A DNA stretch of 64,000 nucleotides from an uncultured Phycisphaerales bacterium (GTDB lineage: Bacteria > Planctomycetota > Phycisphaerae > Tepidisphaerales > Tepidisphaeraceae), in contig CAWJPJ010000008.1 of the NCBI GenBank assembly GCA_963844715.1, positions 864,001 through 928,000 of the forward strand. The letters are read 5' to 3'. The first letter of the stretch is position 1. Each line of letters starts with the position of its first letter. The position numbers and the translations under genes were made by a program. Positions 47,259 through 56,696 of the stretch are shown here, piece after piece. Under the pieces are notes generated by a model. It was not told the DNA's origin, searched no databases, and saw only the letters and a list, made by a program, of their open reading frames with translations.

Positions 47259-47302
47259 ACTGACAACTCGGTACGATACTTGGCCTATTTGCAGGAGCCG
47301 AT

Positions 47303-47981
47303 ATGTCCATTGGATTCGCAGTACGCGTGAAGCCCAAGAAACGGATGGATCGCATTTTTGTAGGAATCGACCCGTTGCTGAAGAGGTGCGGCATCTGCGC
47401 ATTAGGAGCGATGGCAGCGTTTAGCGTCGCGTCCTGCTGTGGCCATCACGACCTTATCGGCGCAAACAGCGGCTCCAGAACTCAAGAACGCGATATGGCG
47501 ATGAGTCCCATTGCCCAAGCCGCAGCACAAGGCGACACGGCACGCGTCAAGAGGTTGTTGGACGAAGGGGACAAGTTGAGCGATCAAACGTTTGGCGCAA
47601 AATGACGCTGCTCTCCGCGGCGGCGAGTGGTGGCCATGTCGAAACCGTTTCTTATTTGCTTGGGTTGGGTTTAAATCCAAATATTCCGGACCGGACTGGA
47701 TCGACGGCGTTGCATTTCGCCGTGCTCGCGGACTCGCCTGAGACGGTTAATGTATTGTTGCGCACGGCGCGAATCCTAACGCGCCAAATTTGGACGGAGA
47801 TACATCGCTCCACTCCGCCGCGGTTGCGGGGAGTCTTATTGAAGCACGGATGCTTCTCGCGCACGGTGCTGACCCGCACGTAAAGGATCTGCAAGGTGAG
47901 ACTGCCGCTGATACCGCAAAGAGGGAGGGTCACCCGGAAGTGGCTGACTATATCGCACGCGCTATGGAACGTGGGGGGTAA
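47303..47981 (+). CDS. Ankyrin-repeat lipoprotein, candidate immunity protein (frameshifted)
   Basis: AGGAG RBS; VASC lipobox; TALHFAV, TSLHSAA, GADP...D..GET ankyrin repeats; directly after the RHS tip. Confidence 0.8.
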
Positions 47982-47984
47982 TCG

Positions 47985-48331
47985 ATTGGCGGCAAAGCTC
48001 GACGACGACGGACCTTTACTACTCCAATCAATGGCAAGTGTTGGAAGAGCGGCAGGGTTCAACGAGTACCGCAACCGTTTTGGACCTATACATCTCGAGC
48101 ATTGCCTACGTGGATGGGCTGGTTCTCCGTGACAGCGGCTCCGGCCTGGGTACTCGGATCTATGCGCTGCAAGATGCCGATTGGAATACGACAGGGCTGA
48201 TTGACACCAACGCCAATATGTTAGAGCGGTTTGTCTACGATCCATATGGGAAAAAGACCGTCCTCAATGCGGCTGGGACCAGCATAGTAGCGGATGCCTA
48301 CAACTGGCCGTATTTGGTGAGCGCTATCTGA
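47985..48331 (+). pseudogene. Orphan RHS core fragment
   Basis: YYSNQWQVLEERQG..AYVDGLVLRD..QDADWN..MLERFVYDPYG..TVLNAAGTS..DAY.W.YL then stop; no tip. Confidence 0.8.
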
Positions 48332-48808
48332 ACCCCATCTATTTTCTTTCGCGCAGGTCTGGAGAGACTGGCGGGATGAACCAGAACGATTCTGCGGATT
48401 TGGAATCAGATGCGAAGCCAGCCAAGGAGGATGCCTCAGGGCGCCATGACCAACCTCCCGCCCAAACGGCGCGGAATCACATTGCTCCCAGCGAGCACAG
48501 AGCCCACCGGGGAACTGCGATGATCGCATGAATTCTCTTCATATAACTTCTCTTTACGCGCGGTTAGCCAGGCGCTTCAGATGGTGCAGGATAGCTGGTC
48601 CATTCGTGGAACTTCCGCCTGCCGAACCGACCAGTTCCGTCGGCCCTGGAGCGCCGTTCACGCGGCTGCGGCATAAGAGCCGACAGCTTGAAGACTGTCG
48701 TGGAAACCAATGGAGAAATAGCAGTTACGGCATGAAAGATCAAGTAATACTTGATTTTGTCTGCCTAAACATGCAACAATACCTCAGTTTATGTCGATGG
48801 AACAAAGT

Positions 48809-49613
48809 ATGAGGCCAAGTCACTTCTTTGCCCAGCACGCTGTCTTCTCCGCGGCGGAGTTCGCCCATGCTCACAAGGGTACCGCCGTCAGCCGCGATTC
48901 CACGTTGGCGTATCACGAGAAGCATGGACATCTGCTGCGCATGCGCCGTGGGCTTTACGTCACCGTCCCACCGGGCACATCCCCACAGAAGGTCGCCGTC
49001 GATTCTTACGCCTTGACCGCCCGGCTCGCGCGCCGATGCGGTTCTCGGCTATCACACCGCACTAGCCTTCCACGGCAAGGCTTATTCGGTCCATCAGCGC
49101 TTCGAATACCTGACTGCCACCGCATCGCGCCCGTTCCGCTTCCGCGGACAGGAATTCCGGCCGGTCCAATTTCCTAAAGCACTGCGTGAGGCGGGGAAAA
49201 CACTGTGGGGCGTGAAGACCGCCGAACGCAGCGGCGTGGATCTCCGCGTCACTTCCCTGGAGCGCACATTCGTCGATGTTCTGGATCGCCCGGACCTCAG
49301 CGGCGGATGGGAGGAGGCATGGCGATCGCTGGCTTCCGTCGAATTCTTCGACCTTGACCGTGTCTTGGAATATACGGTGTTGCTCGGCAGCGCCACGATC
49401 GCCGCCAAGGTGGGACTGTTCCTTTCTCAGCACCGGGAGAAACTGACCGTCGAGGAATCCCATCTTGCAACTTTGCGAAAACGGAAGCCTCGCGCCCCGC
49501 ATTATCTGGAGCCGGCGCAACGCGGCAACGGCGACGACACGAAATTGGTCAGTGAGTGGAATTTGATCGTACCCAGGGCGATGGTCGAGCGCGCGTGGGA
49601 GCAAGTCGCATGA
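48809..49613 (+). CDS. abiEi: AbiEi-family antitoxin, second pair (frameshift near 49030)
   Basis: G.L.R.RRGLY wHTH, YHTAL.FHG, VT.LERT.VD.LDRP...GG.EE. Confidence 0.75.
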
Positions 49614-50420
49614 CCATTTCACAAAAGCGACTCATGGCCGAGGCGACCGCCACCGGCTTTCGTCCCGAGATTCTGGAGAAGGTCATCCACCTTCTGAATC
49701 TGCTGGAGAATTTCCGCGCGCATCCATTCCTCAATAATCGCTTCGCACTCAAAGGAGGAACTGCTCTCAATCTTTTCTTATTCAACGTGCCACGGCTCTC
49801 CGTTGACATCGACCTGAACTACATCGGCAGCGCGAATCGCGACATCATGCTGGAGGAGAAACCGAAGTTGGAGAAGGCTTTGACCGATGTTTTCGCGCGC
49901 GAGGGTTTCACGGTCACACGACAGCCTGCCGAACACGCTGGCGGCAAGTGGCGGCTTGGCTATCCGAGTGTCGTCACCGCCGGAGGAAATCTCGAAGTCG
50001 ATGTGAATTTCATGCTTCGAATCCCACTCTGGGCGCCAATAGTCCAGAACTCCAAAGCCGTGGGCTCTTATTCCGTGTCCGCTGGATAAACCGCATCCTA
50101 CCCCGACGGATCGCTCACGATTCACCGGCCGCTGCGCTCAACGCGCGGAGAGCACTCAGTTTTTGCGTGAGATTAGTTCCTGCGTGGAGTTGGACGCGGC
50201 TTTTCTGGAATCGAGAAGTTCGGTTGCTCGCTGTTGCACTTCGTCGAGTGTCAAATTCTCGATTGGCGAAGAGATCCACCAGTCGTTGTCGGCCACGTCG
50301 GTTGTCAGCAGGCGCGCAAAACCGGCCACTGAGGGGCGCCACCAAAACCGGCCATTTTGAAGCACAGGAGATTCGATCATTACCGTTGGTTCCCGGTTCT
50401 AACCGGGAGACGACGGCACG

Positions 50421-51953
50421 ATGGCGAATCAGCTCAAAATGGCGGAAGTTCAAGCAATTCTTTCACTTGCACGCAATGGTTGGTCCAACCGGCACATCGC
50501 CCGCCAGCTTGGCGTTCACCGCGAGACGGTTGGACGCCATCTCCGGCTGGCGGCGCGGGAAGATTCAAAACCGGCCAGCGCGCCCTCGGCTCGGAGGGCG
50601 CGCGCCACCGGGTTGGTCGGCGCCGCCAGCGCCTGGCGTGAAGTGATCGTTCAGAAGCTGGGCATGGGGCTGACCGCCCAGCGGATTTACCAGGACCTCT
50701 GCTCCGATCACGGTTATGCCGGCAGCTATTACAGTGTTCGCCGGCTGGTTGGGAAGTTGACCTCGGCGGCGCCAACGCCATTCCGGCGGATGGAGTGCGA
50801 GCCGGGCGCCGAGGCCCAGGTCGATTTTGGACGGGGCGCGCCCATCGTCGGTTCCGACGGCAAGAGGAGAAGCACCTGGGTCTTCCGCATCGTGCTGAGC
50901 CACAGCCGCAAGGGGTACGCCGAGGCGGTGCACCGTCAGACCACCGATGACTTTCTGCGTTGCCTGGAGAATGCGTTCGCGCACTTCGGCGGATTGCCGC
51001 GGACGCTGGTGATCGACAATCTTCGGGCGGCGGTGAAGCGGGCGGACTGGTTCGACCCGGAGTTGTGTCCCAAGGTCCGCTCGTTTGCCGAGCATTACGG
51101 AATCGCCATTCTGCCGACCAAGCCCTACACGCCCCGGCACAAGGGGAAGATCGAACGGGGCATCGGCTATGTGAAGGGCAACGCCCTCAAGGGACGGACC
51201 TTCAGTTCTCTGGCCGATCAGAACCAGCATCTTCAGGCCTGGGAAGCGACCGTCGCCGATACGCGCATCCATGGAACAACGCGCCGGCAGGTGAAGGAAG
51301 TGTTCCAGCAGGCGGAGCAGCCGGCGCTCTTGCCGTTGCCGGCGGCGAGATTCGATCTGTTTGCCGAAGCGTTGCGCAGCGTCAGCCGGGACGGACACGT
51401 GCAGGTCAAAGGCGCGTATTACTCGGTCCCACCGGAGTTTTTGGGCCGGCAGCTTTCGGCGCGCTGGGATGGGCGCCTGATCCGCTTGCTGGATCAGAAG
51501 ATGCACCCCGTCGCGGTGCACGTGCAGCGTCCGCCGGGGACCTTCTCCACGCTGGATGCCCATATCCTGCCGGAGAAGATCAGCGGGATCGAAAAAGGAA
51601 CGGCCTGGCTCCTGCGCCGGGTCGAATCCATCGGACCGCACGCCACGCAGTGGGCGCGGTCCATGCTCCAGAATCGCGGCATCGAGGGCGTGCGCGTGCT
51701 CCTGGGCCTTATGTCCCTGACGAACAAGCATTCCCGCCGCGTCATCGAGCAGGCCTGCCAAGTCGCCCAGGGGCATGGGGCGTATCACCTCCGTTCATTG
51801 CGCCAACTCCTCGAACAACAGAATCCGCCCGCCCTTCAGCGGAACTTCGAGTTCGTCCAAGAACATCCGATCATCCGCGACCTGGGCGACTACGGCCGAT
51901 TCGTGCGACAGGCCATTACCCAACAACCACCTTCACAGGAGTCCATTCCATGA
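50421..51953 (+). CDS. istA: IS21 transposase IstA
   Basis: HTH, PG.EAQVDF, IDNL, P.HKGKIER DDE motifs. Confidence 0.93.
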   Translation: MANQLKMAEVQAILSLARNGWSNRHIARQLGVHRETVGRHLRLAAREDSKPASAPSARRARATGLVGAASAWREVIVQKLGMGLTAQRIYQDLCSDHGYAGSYYSVRRLVGKLTSAAPTPFRRMECEPGAEAQVDFGRGAPIVGSDGKRRSTWVFRIVLSHSRKGYAEAVHRQTTDDFLRCLENAFAHFGGLPRTLVIDNLRAAVKRADWFDPELCPKVRSFAEHYGIAILPTKPYTPRHKGKIERGIGYVKGNALKGRTFSSLADQNQHLQAWEATVADTRIHGTTRRQVKEVFQQAEQPALLPLPAARFDLFAEALRSVSRDGHVQVKGAYYSVPPEFLGRQLSARWDGRLIRLLDQKMHPVAVHVQRPPGTFSTLDAHILPEKISGIEKGTAWLLRRVESIGPHATQWARSMLQNRGIEGVRVLLGLMSLTNKHSRRVIEQACQVAQGHGAYHLRSLRQLLEQQNPPALQRNFEFVQEHPIIRDLGDYGRFVRQAITQQPPSQESIP

Positions 51954-52870
51954 GACCTTCATTGTTACAGACGCTCAAACAGCTTCGGCTTTCGGGCCTG
52001 GCCCAGAGCCTTGAAGTCCGATTGAGCGAGGCGGCTGGCAATCGGCTCGATCACGCCGAGTTTTTGGAACTGATTCTCCAGGACGAACTGAACGTGCGGT
52101 CCAGCCGATTGGTGAGCCGCCGCGTCAAGGCCGCCCTGTTCGGCGAAGTCAAAAACCTCGACGAGTTCGACTTCTCCTTCAATCCCTCCATCAAACGCAA
52201 GCAGATCCACGACCTGGCCGGCTGTCAGTTCATCCGCGAAAAAGCCGACGTGCTTCTATTGGGCCCACCCGGCGTCGGCAAAACGTTCCTGGTCCAGGCC
52301 ATCGGGCATCAGGCGATCAAAGCCGGACACCTGGTTCTGTACCGCTCCATCTTCGATCTGGCCCGCGACTTCCTCGGCGACGACGAACTCGGCCAGCAGG
52401 ACAAAACGCTGAATCGTTATCTCAAACCCGACCTGCTCATCATCGACGACATGGGAATGCGACAACTTCCGCGTCGCTCCGGCGAATGCCTGCTGGAGAT
52501 CATCATGCGCCGCCATGAGAACCGCTCGACGATGATGACCAGCAACCGGCCGCTGGAAGACTGGGCCAAGCTGATCGGCGACGTCCCGGCGGCCACGGCG
52601 ATCCTCGACCGCTTCCTTCAGCACGCCACCCTCCTCAACATCACCGGCAAAAGTTATCGTTTGCGCCACGGCGGCACGGGGAGGCCGTGGAGGCGAAGCC
52701 TTCCACAAAGGCAAATTCAAAAGGACGGCGGAGTACCGCCGACGATGGAGGGTGCTCCCCTCCGGAAGACACCGTGGCAGAAAGCACGGTCTCTTCTTGT
52801 GCTGGGGCGCCCGCCGATCAGGCGTCCTGATGCGCGGCTGATAACTCAACAGAAAGTTGCATGGAACTGA
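51950..52870 (+). CDS. istB: IS21 helper ATPase IstB (3' tail may be frameshifted)
   Basis: FDFSFNP, GPPGVGKT, LLIIDD.G, TSN, AILDR..H, G.SYR. Confidence 0.92.
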   Translation: MRPSLLQTLKQLRLSGLAQSLEVRLSEAAGNRLDHAEFLELILQDELNVRSSRLVSRRVKAALFGEVKNLDEFDFSFNPSIKRKQIHDLAGCQFIREKADVLLLGPPGVGKTFLVQAIGHQAIKAGHLVLYRSIFDLARDFLGDDELGQQDKTLNRYLKPDLLIIDDMGMRQLPRRSGECLLEIIMRRHENRSTMMTSNRPLEDWAKLIGDVPAATAILDRFLQHATLLNITGKSYRLRHGGTGRPWRRSLPQRQIQKDGGVPPTMEGAPLRKTPWQKARSLLVLGRPPIRRPDARLITQQKVAWN

Positions 52871-53371
52871 ACGGATGATGTATACGAAGCGTCACAATAC
52901 TGGCCGGTTTTGAGCGCCCATTGATGGCCGGTTTTCGCGCGCCCCGCGACACGTCGGTGATGCAGGCGACGCGAGCGCCGTAATAGGTGTTGGCCGGTTC
53001 AAATACCGTGGTCGCACCGGCGGCGACGGCCTGCTTGTAGGTGGCGTCGGCGTCGTCAACACGGAGATACATCGTCGACGGCTTTGCCTTCCAAGGGGGC
53101 GGGGCTTCGTGGACCATCACCATGGAATCACCGATCAGAACTTCCGCATGAAGCAGGGAGCCATCGGGTTTTACAAGCCTGCCTTTTTCGATTGCACCAA
53201 AGGCTTTTTTCAGAAACTCAAGTAGCTGGGTACAGTTGGGAAGTTTCAGGTACGGGGTGATAGAGTGATATCCGTCGGGGATGGTTTTGGGTTTCATGGG
53301 CGGACCTGAATTGAAAGGGTATCCTTCGAGGGGAGTGTCCGCAATTGCGTCAGCGATACACCGCACCGATT

Positions 53372-54979
53372 CTACCCTGACGGAGATGGATTTCGCCGCT
53401 TCCAGTTATCCGGCAACCATTGGCTGATTTGGCTGGTCGGCGTCGTCGGCAAGTTCGCGATCAATTGTGTGAGATAGCGTTGCGGATCAACGCCGTGGCG
53501 GCGACACGTGCTGGTCATGCTGCTGAGGATCGCCGCAGTCTGGCCGCCGCGCTCGTTCGCAACGAACAAACTATTTTTGCGATTAAGCGCGATTCGCTTC
53601 ATTTCTTGTTCTGTCTGGTTGTTGTCAATCGGCACGGCGCCGTCCGTCGTGAACACCTTCAGCTCCGTCCATTGGTTCAGCAGGTATCCCACTGCCTCGG
53701 ACATCGGGTGCTTGGGCAACAATTGATCGCGCCAGGCGAAGAGCCGATCTTTCAACGATGACAGGATCGGGATCGATTCAGACTGACGCAACGCCAGTCG
53801 CACCGCCATGTCCAGGAGTTTGCCGCGATCTTCTACGGCGTACAGCCGCTTGATCCACCCCACGGCCTCGGTGGCGATCTGCGGATGCGATTTTTCCGCA
53901 TCGACGAATTTGCGTCTTCCGTGAGCCCAACATCCAGCACGGGTGATGTCATTGCCCACCACCACGCCGTCATAGCCACCGTAAGCATCCGCCAGCAGGG
54001 TTTGCCGGTAATCCTTCAGGAACGTCGCCGGGCCGTTTCGGCTCCGGCTCAGTGTGAAATTGAACACGTTGTACGGATGGTGCTCATCACCCATGTAGAC
54101 CCACATCCTGGCCTGCTTGGTCTTCCCCGGCCAAAGCATCGGCATCACCGTGTCATCGGTGCCGATCACGTGCGATTGCAGCACACGTTGAATCATCAGG
54201 TCGTACAGTGGACGCAGCAGGTCGGCCGCGTCGCCGCACCAAACGCTCTGCGTCGCGCGGTTAATCTCAAAGCCGTTGCGCGCGAAGATGTTTTGTAGCC
54301 GGTACAGCGGAAGGTAATCGCTAAATTTTGAGGTCACAACGTAGGCCAGCAGCCCCGGACCGGCCATGCCCTTGTCGATCGGCTGCGCGGGCTTGTCCGC
54401 CAGCGCAATCTGGGGATTCTCGGCGTTCTGTTCACAGTGATTGCAGGCATACTTGATTCGCACGTTCTCGATCCGCTCGAATCGGCCGGGAATGAATTCA
54501 ACCTGCCAACTCGATTCCTCGCCGATCTTCTGTCGTGTCTTCCCGCAGCACGGGCAAGGCTTGTCAGCTTCGGCCAGGTCATGCACCTTCCGGGTGACCG
54601 GCAGGTGATCGAAGGCGGCCAGATTCCGACGGCCGCGGCGAACCCGCCGAACTGTCTTGACCTCCGCATCAGGAACGTCAGCCGGCAGTTCCGCCGGATT
54701 CACCGGCCTCGCTTCCAGGTCCGTGGCGAACTCCAGCAGCAATTGGGCCACGTCGCCAAGCGTCTGGAGCCGATCGGCACGCGGACCGTAATACCACTTC
54801 TTCAGCCGCAGCAGTTCCATCTCAAGACGGAGCTTCTCGATCTCGATTTGCTGGTTGGCCCGTGACAAATCTGCGATGCGCTGGTCGCGTGTGCGAAGCT
54901 GGTCGTCGCGTTCAACCAATAGCCGTTTGAGAATCACGGGATCATCGGGCAGGCTCGCGATGGTAGAGACATCATCCAT
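53372..54979 (-). CDS. tnpC: IS66 transposase TnpC
   Basis: CPCCG zinc finger, K..D.LPLYR, DDT, DAYGGY, CWAHGRRKF, IDNN..E...K..AL.RKN. Confidence 0.95.
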   Translation of the reverse strand: MDDVSTIASLPDDPVILKRLLVERDDQLRTRDQRIADLSRANQQIEIEKLRLEMELLRLKKWYYGPRADRLQTLGDVAQLLLEFATDLEARPVNPAELPADVPDAEVKTVRRVRRGRRNLAAFDHLPVTRKVHDLAEADKPCPCCGKTRQKIGEESSWQVEFIPGRFERIENVRIKYACNHCEQNAENPQIALADKPAQPIDKGMAGPGLLAYVVTSKFSDYLPLYRLQNIFARNGFEINRATQSVWCGDAADLLRPLYDLMIQRVLQSHVIGTDDTVMPMLWPGKTKQARMWVYMGDEHHPYNVFNFTLSRSRNGPATFLKDYRQTLLADAYGGYDGVVVGNDITRAGCWAHGRRKFVDAEKSHPQIATEAVGWIKRLYAVEDRGKLLDMAVRLALRQSESIPILSSLKDRLFAWRDQLLPKHPMSEAVGYLLNQWTELKVFTTDGAVPIDNNQTEQEMKRIALNRKNSLFVANERGGQTAAILSSMTSTCRRHGVDPQRYLTQLIANLPTTPTSQISQWLPDNWKRRNPSPSG

Positions 54980-55017
54980 GACGATGCTATCAATACGCGC
55001 CCAATCAAAAATTGTTT

Positions 55018-55404
55018 TTACGCTGGAACTTTTTTCCGTGAATATCTCTTTACCCGCTTCACGCTCCGCAGATCGATGCCGTCCAGCATCATCGCCAATT
55101 CGCTGGCACGCAGTTCCACGGACCTTTTATCGCCGTCGATTCGCGGCAGCTTGAACGTGCCTTCTTCCAGGCGCTTATACCACAACGCCCAGCCGTCTCG
55201 GTCAAAGTAAAGGATTTTCAACCGATCACCATGACGGCCGCGAAAGAGAAACAGATGTCCGTCCAGAGGATTCTGCTCCGTCACCGCCCCGGCCAGTTCC
55301 GCCAGACGATCAAATCCGCAACGCATGTCCGCCGGTGCCGTCGCCAGCCAGATGCGCGTCGAGGTTGAATCGTCCAAGGATGAAAGCGTCGGCAGGCCAA
55401 TCAC
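55018..55404 (-). CDS. tnpB: IS66 accessory protein TnpB
   Basis: DMR.GFD.L, LFLFR, LKIL..D.DG..L.YKRLE.G.F. Confidence 0.93.
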   Translation of the reverse strand: MIGLPTLSSLDDSTSTRIWLATAPADMRCGFDRLAELAGAVTEQNPLDGHLFLFRGRHGDRLKILYFDRDGWALWYKRLEEGTFKLPRIDGDKRSVELRASELAMMLDGIDLRSVKRVKRYSRKKVPA

Positions 55405-55724
55405 GCGACACTCTCCAAGGCGCGGACCACCTCAACCAAAAGATCACGGTCGAACCCGCGCCGCACCAGCAGACGACGCTCGCCGCGCAGGCAAATCTCG
55501 ATCGCTTCAGACGCCGAAGTTTTCGCAGATTTCACCTCGACGAACACAGGCGCCGACGAACGATTCCGCTTCCTTGGCGAGCGCAATCGCCGTTTCCAAG
55601 CATAGAAGGCGCTGTCTTTGATCCCGCGATCGCGACAATAGGCTGCCACGGTCAGCCCGCTAAATCGCTGTCCGTCAATGATCTGGCGCCACTCTTCCGG
55701 GCTTGGGCGCTGTGCTTTGTTCAT
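55401..55724 (-). CDS. tnpA: IS66 accessory protein TnpA
   Basis: W..II....SGL.V..YC...GI....FY.W.RRL, FVEV. Confidence 0.9.
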   Translation of the reverse strand: MNKAQRPSPEEWRQIIDGQRFSGLTVAAYCRDRGIKDSAFYAWKRRLRSPRKRNRSSAPVFVEVKSAKTSASEAIEICLRGERRLLVRRGFDRDLLVEVVRALESVA

Positions 55725-56477
55725 GCCGCGTCAGTGTGCCGACAGCCAGCCCAAGAAAAAAGATGCAGTTTACATATCGCACACCTTATTCCGCCATCGG
55801 CATTCCCATTCTCGACCGGCACGAACTGGCTGCTGGCAAATTCGCCGCTCTGGTGGCCCGTCACGCCAGCCGCGATCTATTCGATGCGCATCAAATGCTC
55901 GCCACACAGACCTTCGAACCGGAGAAACTGCGGCTGGGATTTGTCCTCTATGGAGCGATGAATCGGAAAGACTGGCGCACGGTGAGCGTTACCGATGTCG
56001 CCTTTGATGAGCGAGAACTCCAGGAGCAACTCATTCCACTGCTCAGCGATTCGGCGATTCAATCACTCGGCGCAGGCGTTCAATGGGCTGTCCGGATCGT
56101 GGATGAATGCCGAACGTCGCTTGCTATTGTGTTGCCGCTCCGACCGCCGGAATTGGAATTTCTCGAACGGATCAATCAGCATGGCGAAATCCGGCCGGAC
56201 CTGCTCACCTCCGATCCCGCCATGACAGGAAAAATTTTGCAACACCCCCAGCTCCTCTGGAAGGCATTGAACGTCAACCAGCACAAGAAGACGTAGCGGC
56301 GCCTTCGTCGGGGTATTTGCCCGACGAAGACACTCATTTTCCTGTACACAAAACTGTACACACTTTTTTGAGAAACATGGCAAATAAGGGTATCATGGAG
56401 CCTCACGGCCCAGGGTTGTAAATCCCTGGGGATGTCAGAAGTTCCAGCTATCGTCAGCACTTGCGGTTTTTGAGCGG

Positions 56478-56527
56478 ATTACGCTCATAACCCGGAGGTC
56501 GGAGGTTCGAATCCTCCCCCCGCTACT
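56478..56527 (+). repeat. att site 2: 3' half of tRNA-Met (CAT)
   Basis: Identical to 20384-20433. Confidence 0.9.
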
Positions 56528-56535
56528 TCCCTTAC

Positions 56536-56580
56536 TCAGGCAGAGCCAACAACTTATGTGGCTCTGCCTGATTTTATTTT
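56536..56580 (+). terminator. Intrinsic terminator downstream of att core
   Basis: TCAGGCAGAGCCA...TGGCTCTGCCTGA plus TTTTATTTT. Confidence 0.75.
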
Positions 56581-56696
56581 AGGGGCACGTTTCGTCGCTT
56601 CCCCTAAACTTCCCCTGTGGATGTGCACTTCATGCAGAGCCGGTACTCGTTGCGGCTTTGTTTCGAGCGCGTTGGCGCTCGAGGAGGTATGCGTCC

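Larger units (their letters stand above)
50303..52951 (+). mobile_element. IS21-family insertion sequence; 7-bp TSD CGTCGGT
   Basis: TG...CA ends, repeated AAAACCGGCCA motifs in both IRs, TSD at 50296-50302 and 52952-52958. Confidence 0.93.
50156..53297 (-). pseudogene. VOC/glyoxalase (PhnB-like) gene split by IS21 (parts 52952-53297 and 50156-50302)
   Basis: IPDGYHSITPYL, HAEV.IGDS, YL.VDD.DA....AV.AGA, YG.R...ITDV joined to ADNDWWIS. Confidence 0.85.
50075..55784 (-). mobile_element. IS66-family element with passenger VOC gene; 8-bp TSD CTTATTCC
   Basis: TSD at 50067-50074 and 55785-55792; terminal IRs GTGTCCGCTGGATAAACCGCATC / GTGTGCGATATGTAAACTGCATC (17/23). Confidence 0.88.
49610..56296 (+). 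pseudogene. abiEii: AbiEii nucleotidyltransferase split by IS66 (parts 49610-50074 and 55793-56296)
   Basis: LKGGTALN, RLSVDIDL; ELAAGK..AL..R..SRDLFD; removing the insert and one TSD restores the in-frame VGSYS-AIGIP. Confidence 0.88.
20384..56527. mobile_element. Island B: ~36-kb integrative element (defective ICE derivative) bounded by tRNA-Met att direct repeats
   Basis: Identical 50-bp flanking repeats, integrase at the left end, identical 20-bp arm-like sequence inside both ends. Confidence 0.88.

Noticed and set aside
46671..48331. Diversity-generating retroelement (TR/VR pair) in the RHS repeats
   Set aside because: Differences are not adenine-specific and no reverse transcriptase is in the window
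1..49613. Widespread frameshifts as real pseudogenisation or programmed frameshifting
   Set aside because: They are single indels across unrelated genes, with catalytic motifs intact and no obvious in-frame nonsense decay. Read or assembly error is more parsimonious; this needs read-level checking
50960..52870. 636-aa ORF as one protein
   Set aside because: Its N-terminal half is an alternative frame over istA; real IstB starts at 51950
55018..55404. TnpB as an RNA-guided nuclease
   Set aside because: This is the 128-aa IS66 accessory TnpB, unrelated to IS200/IS605 TnpB; no RuvC motifs
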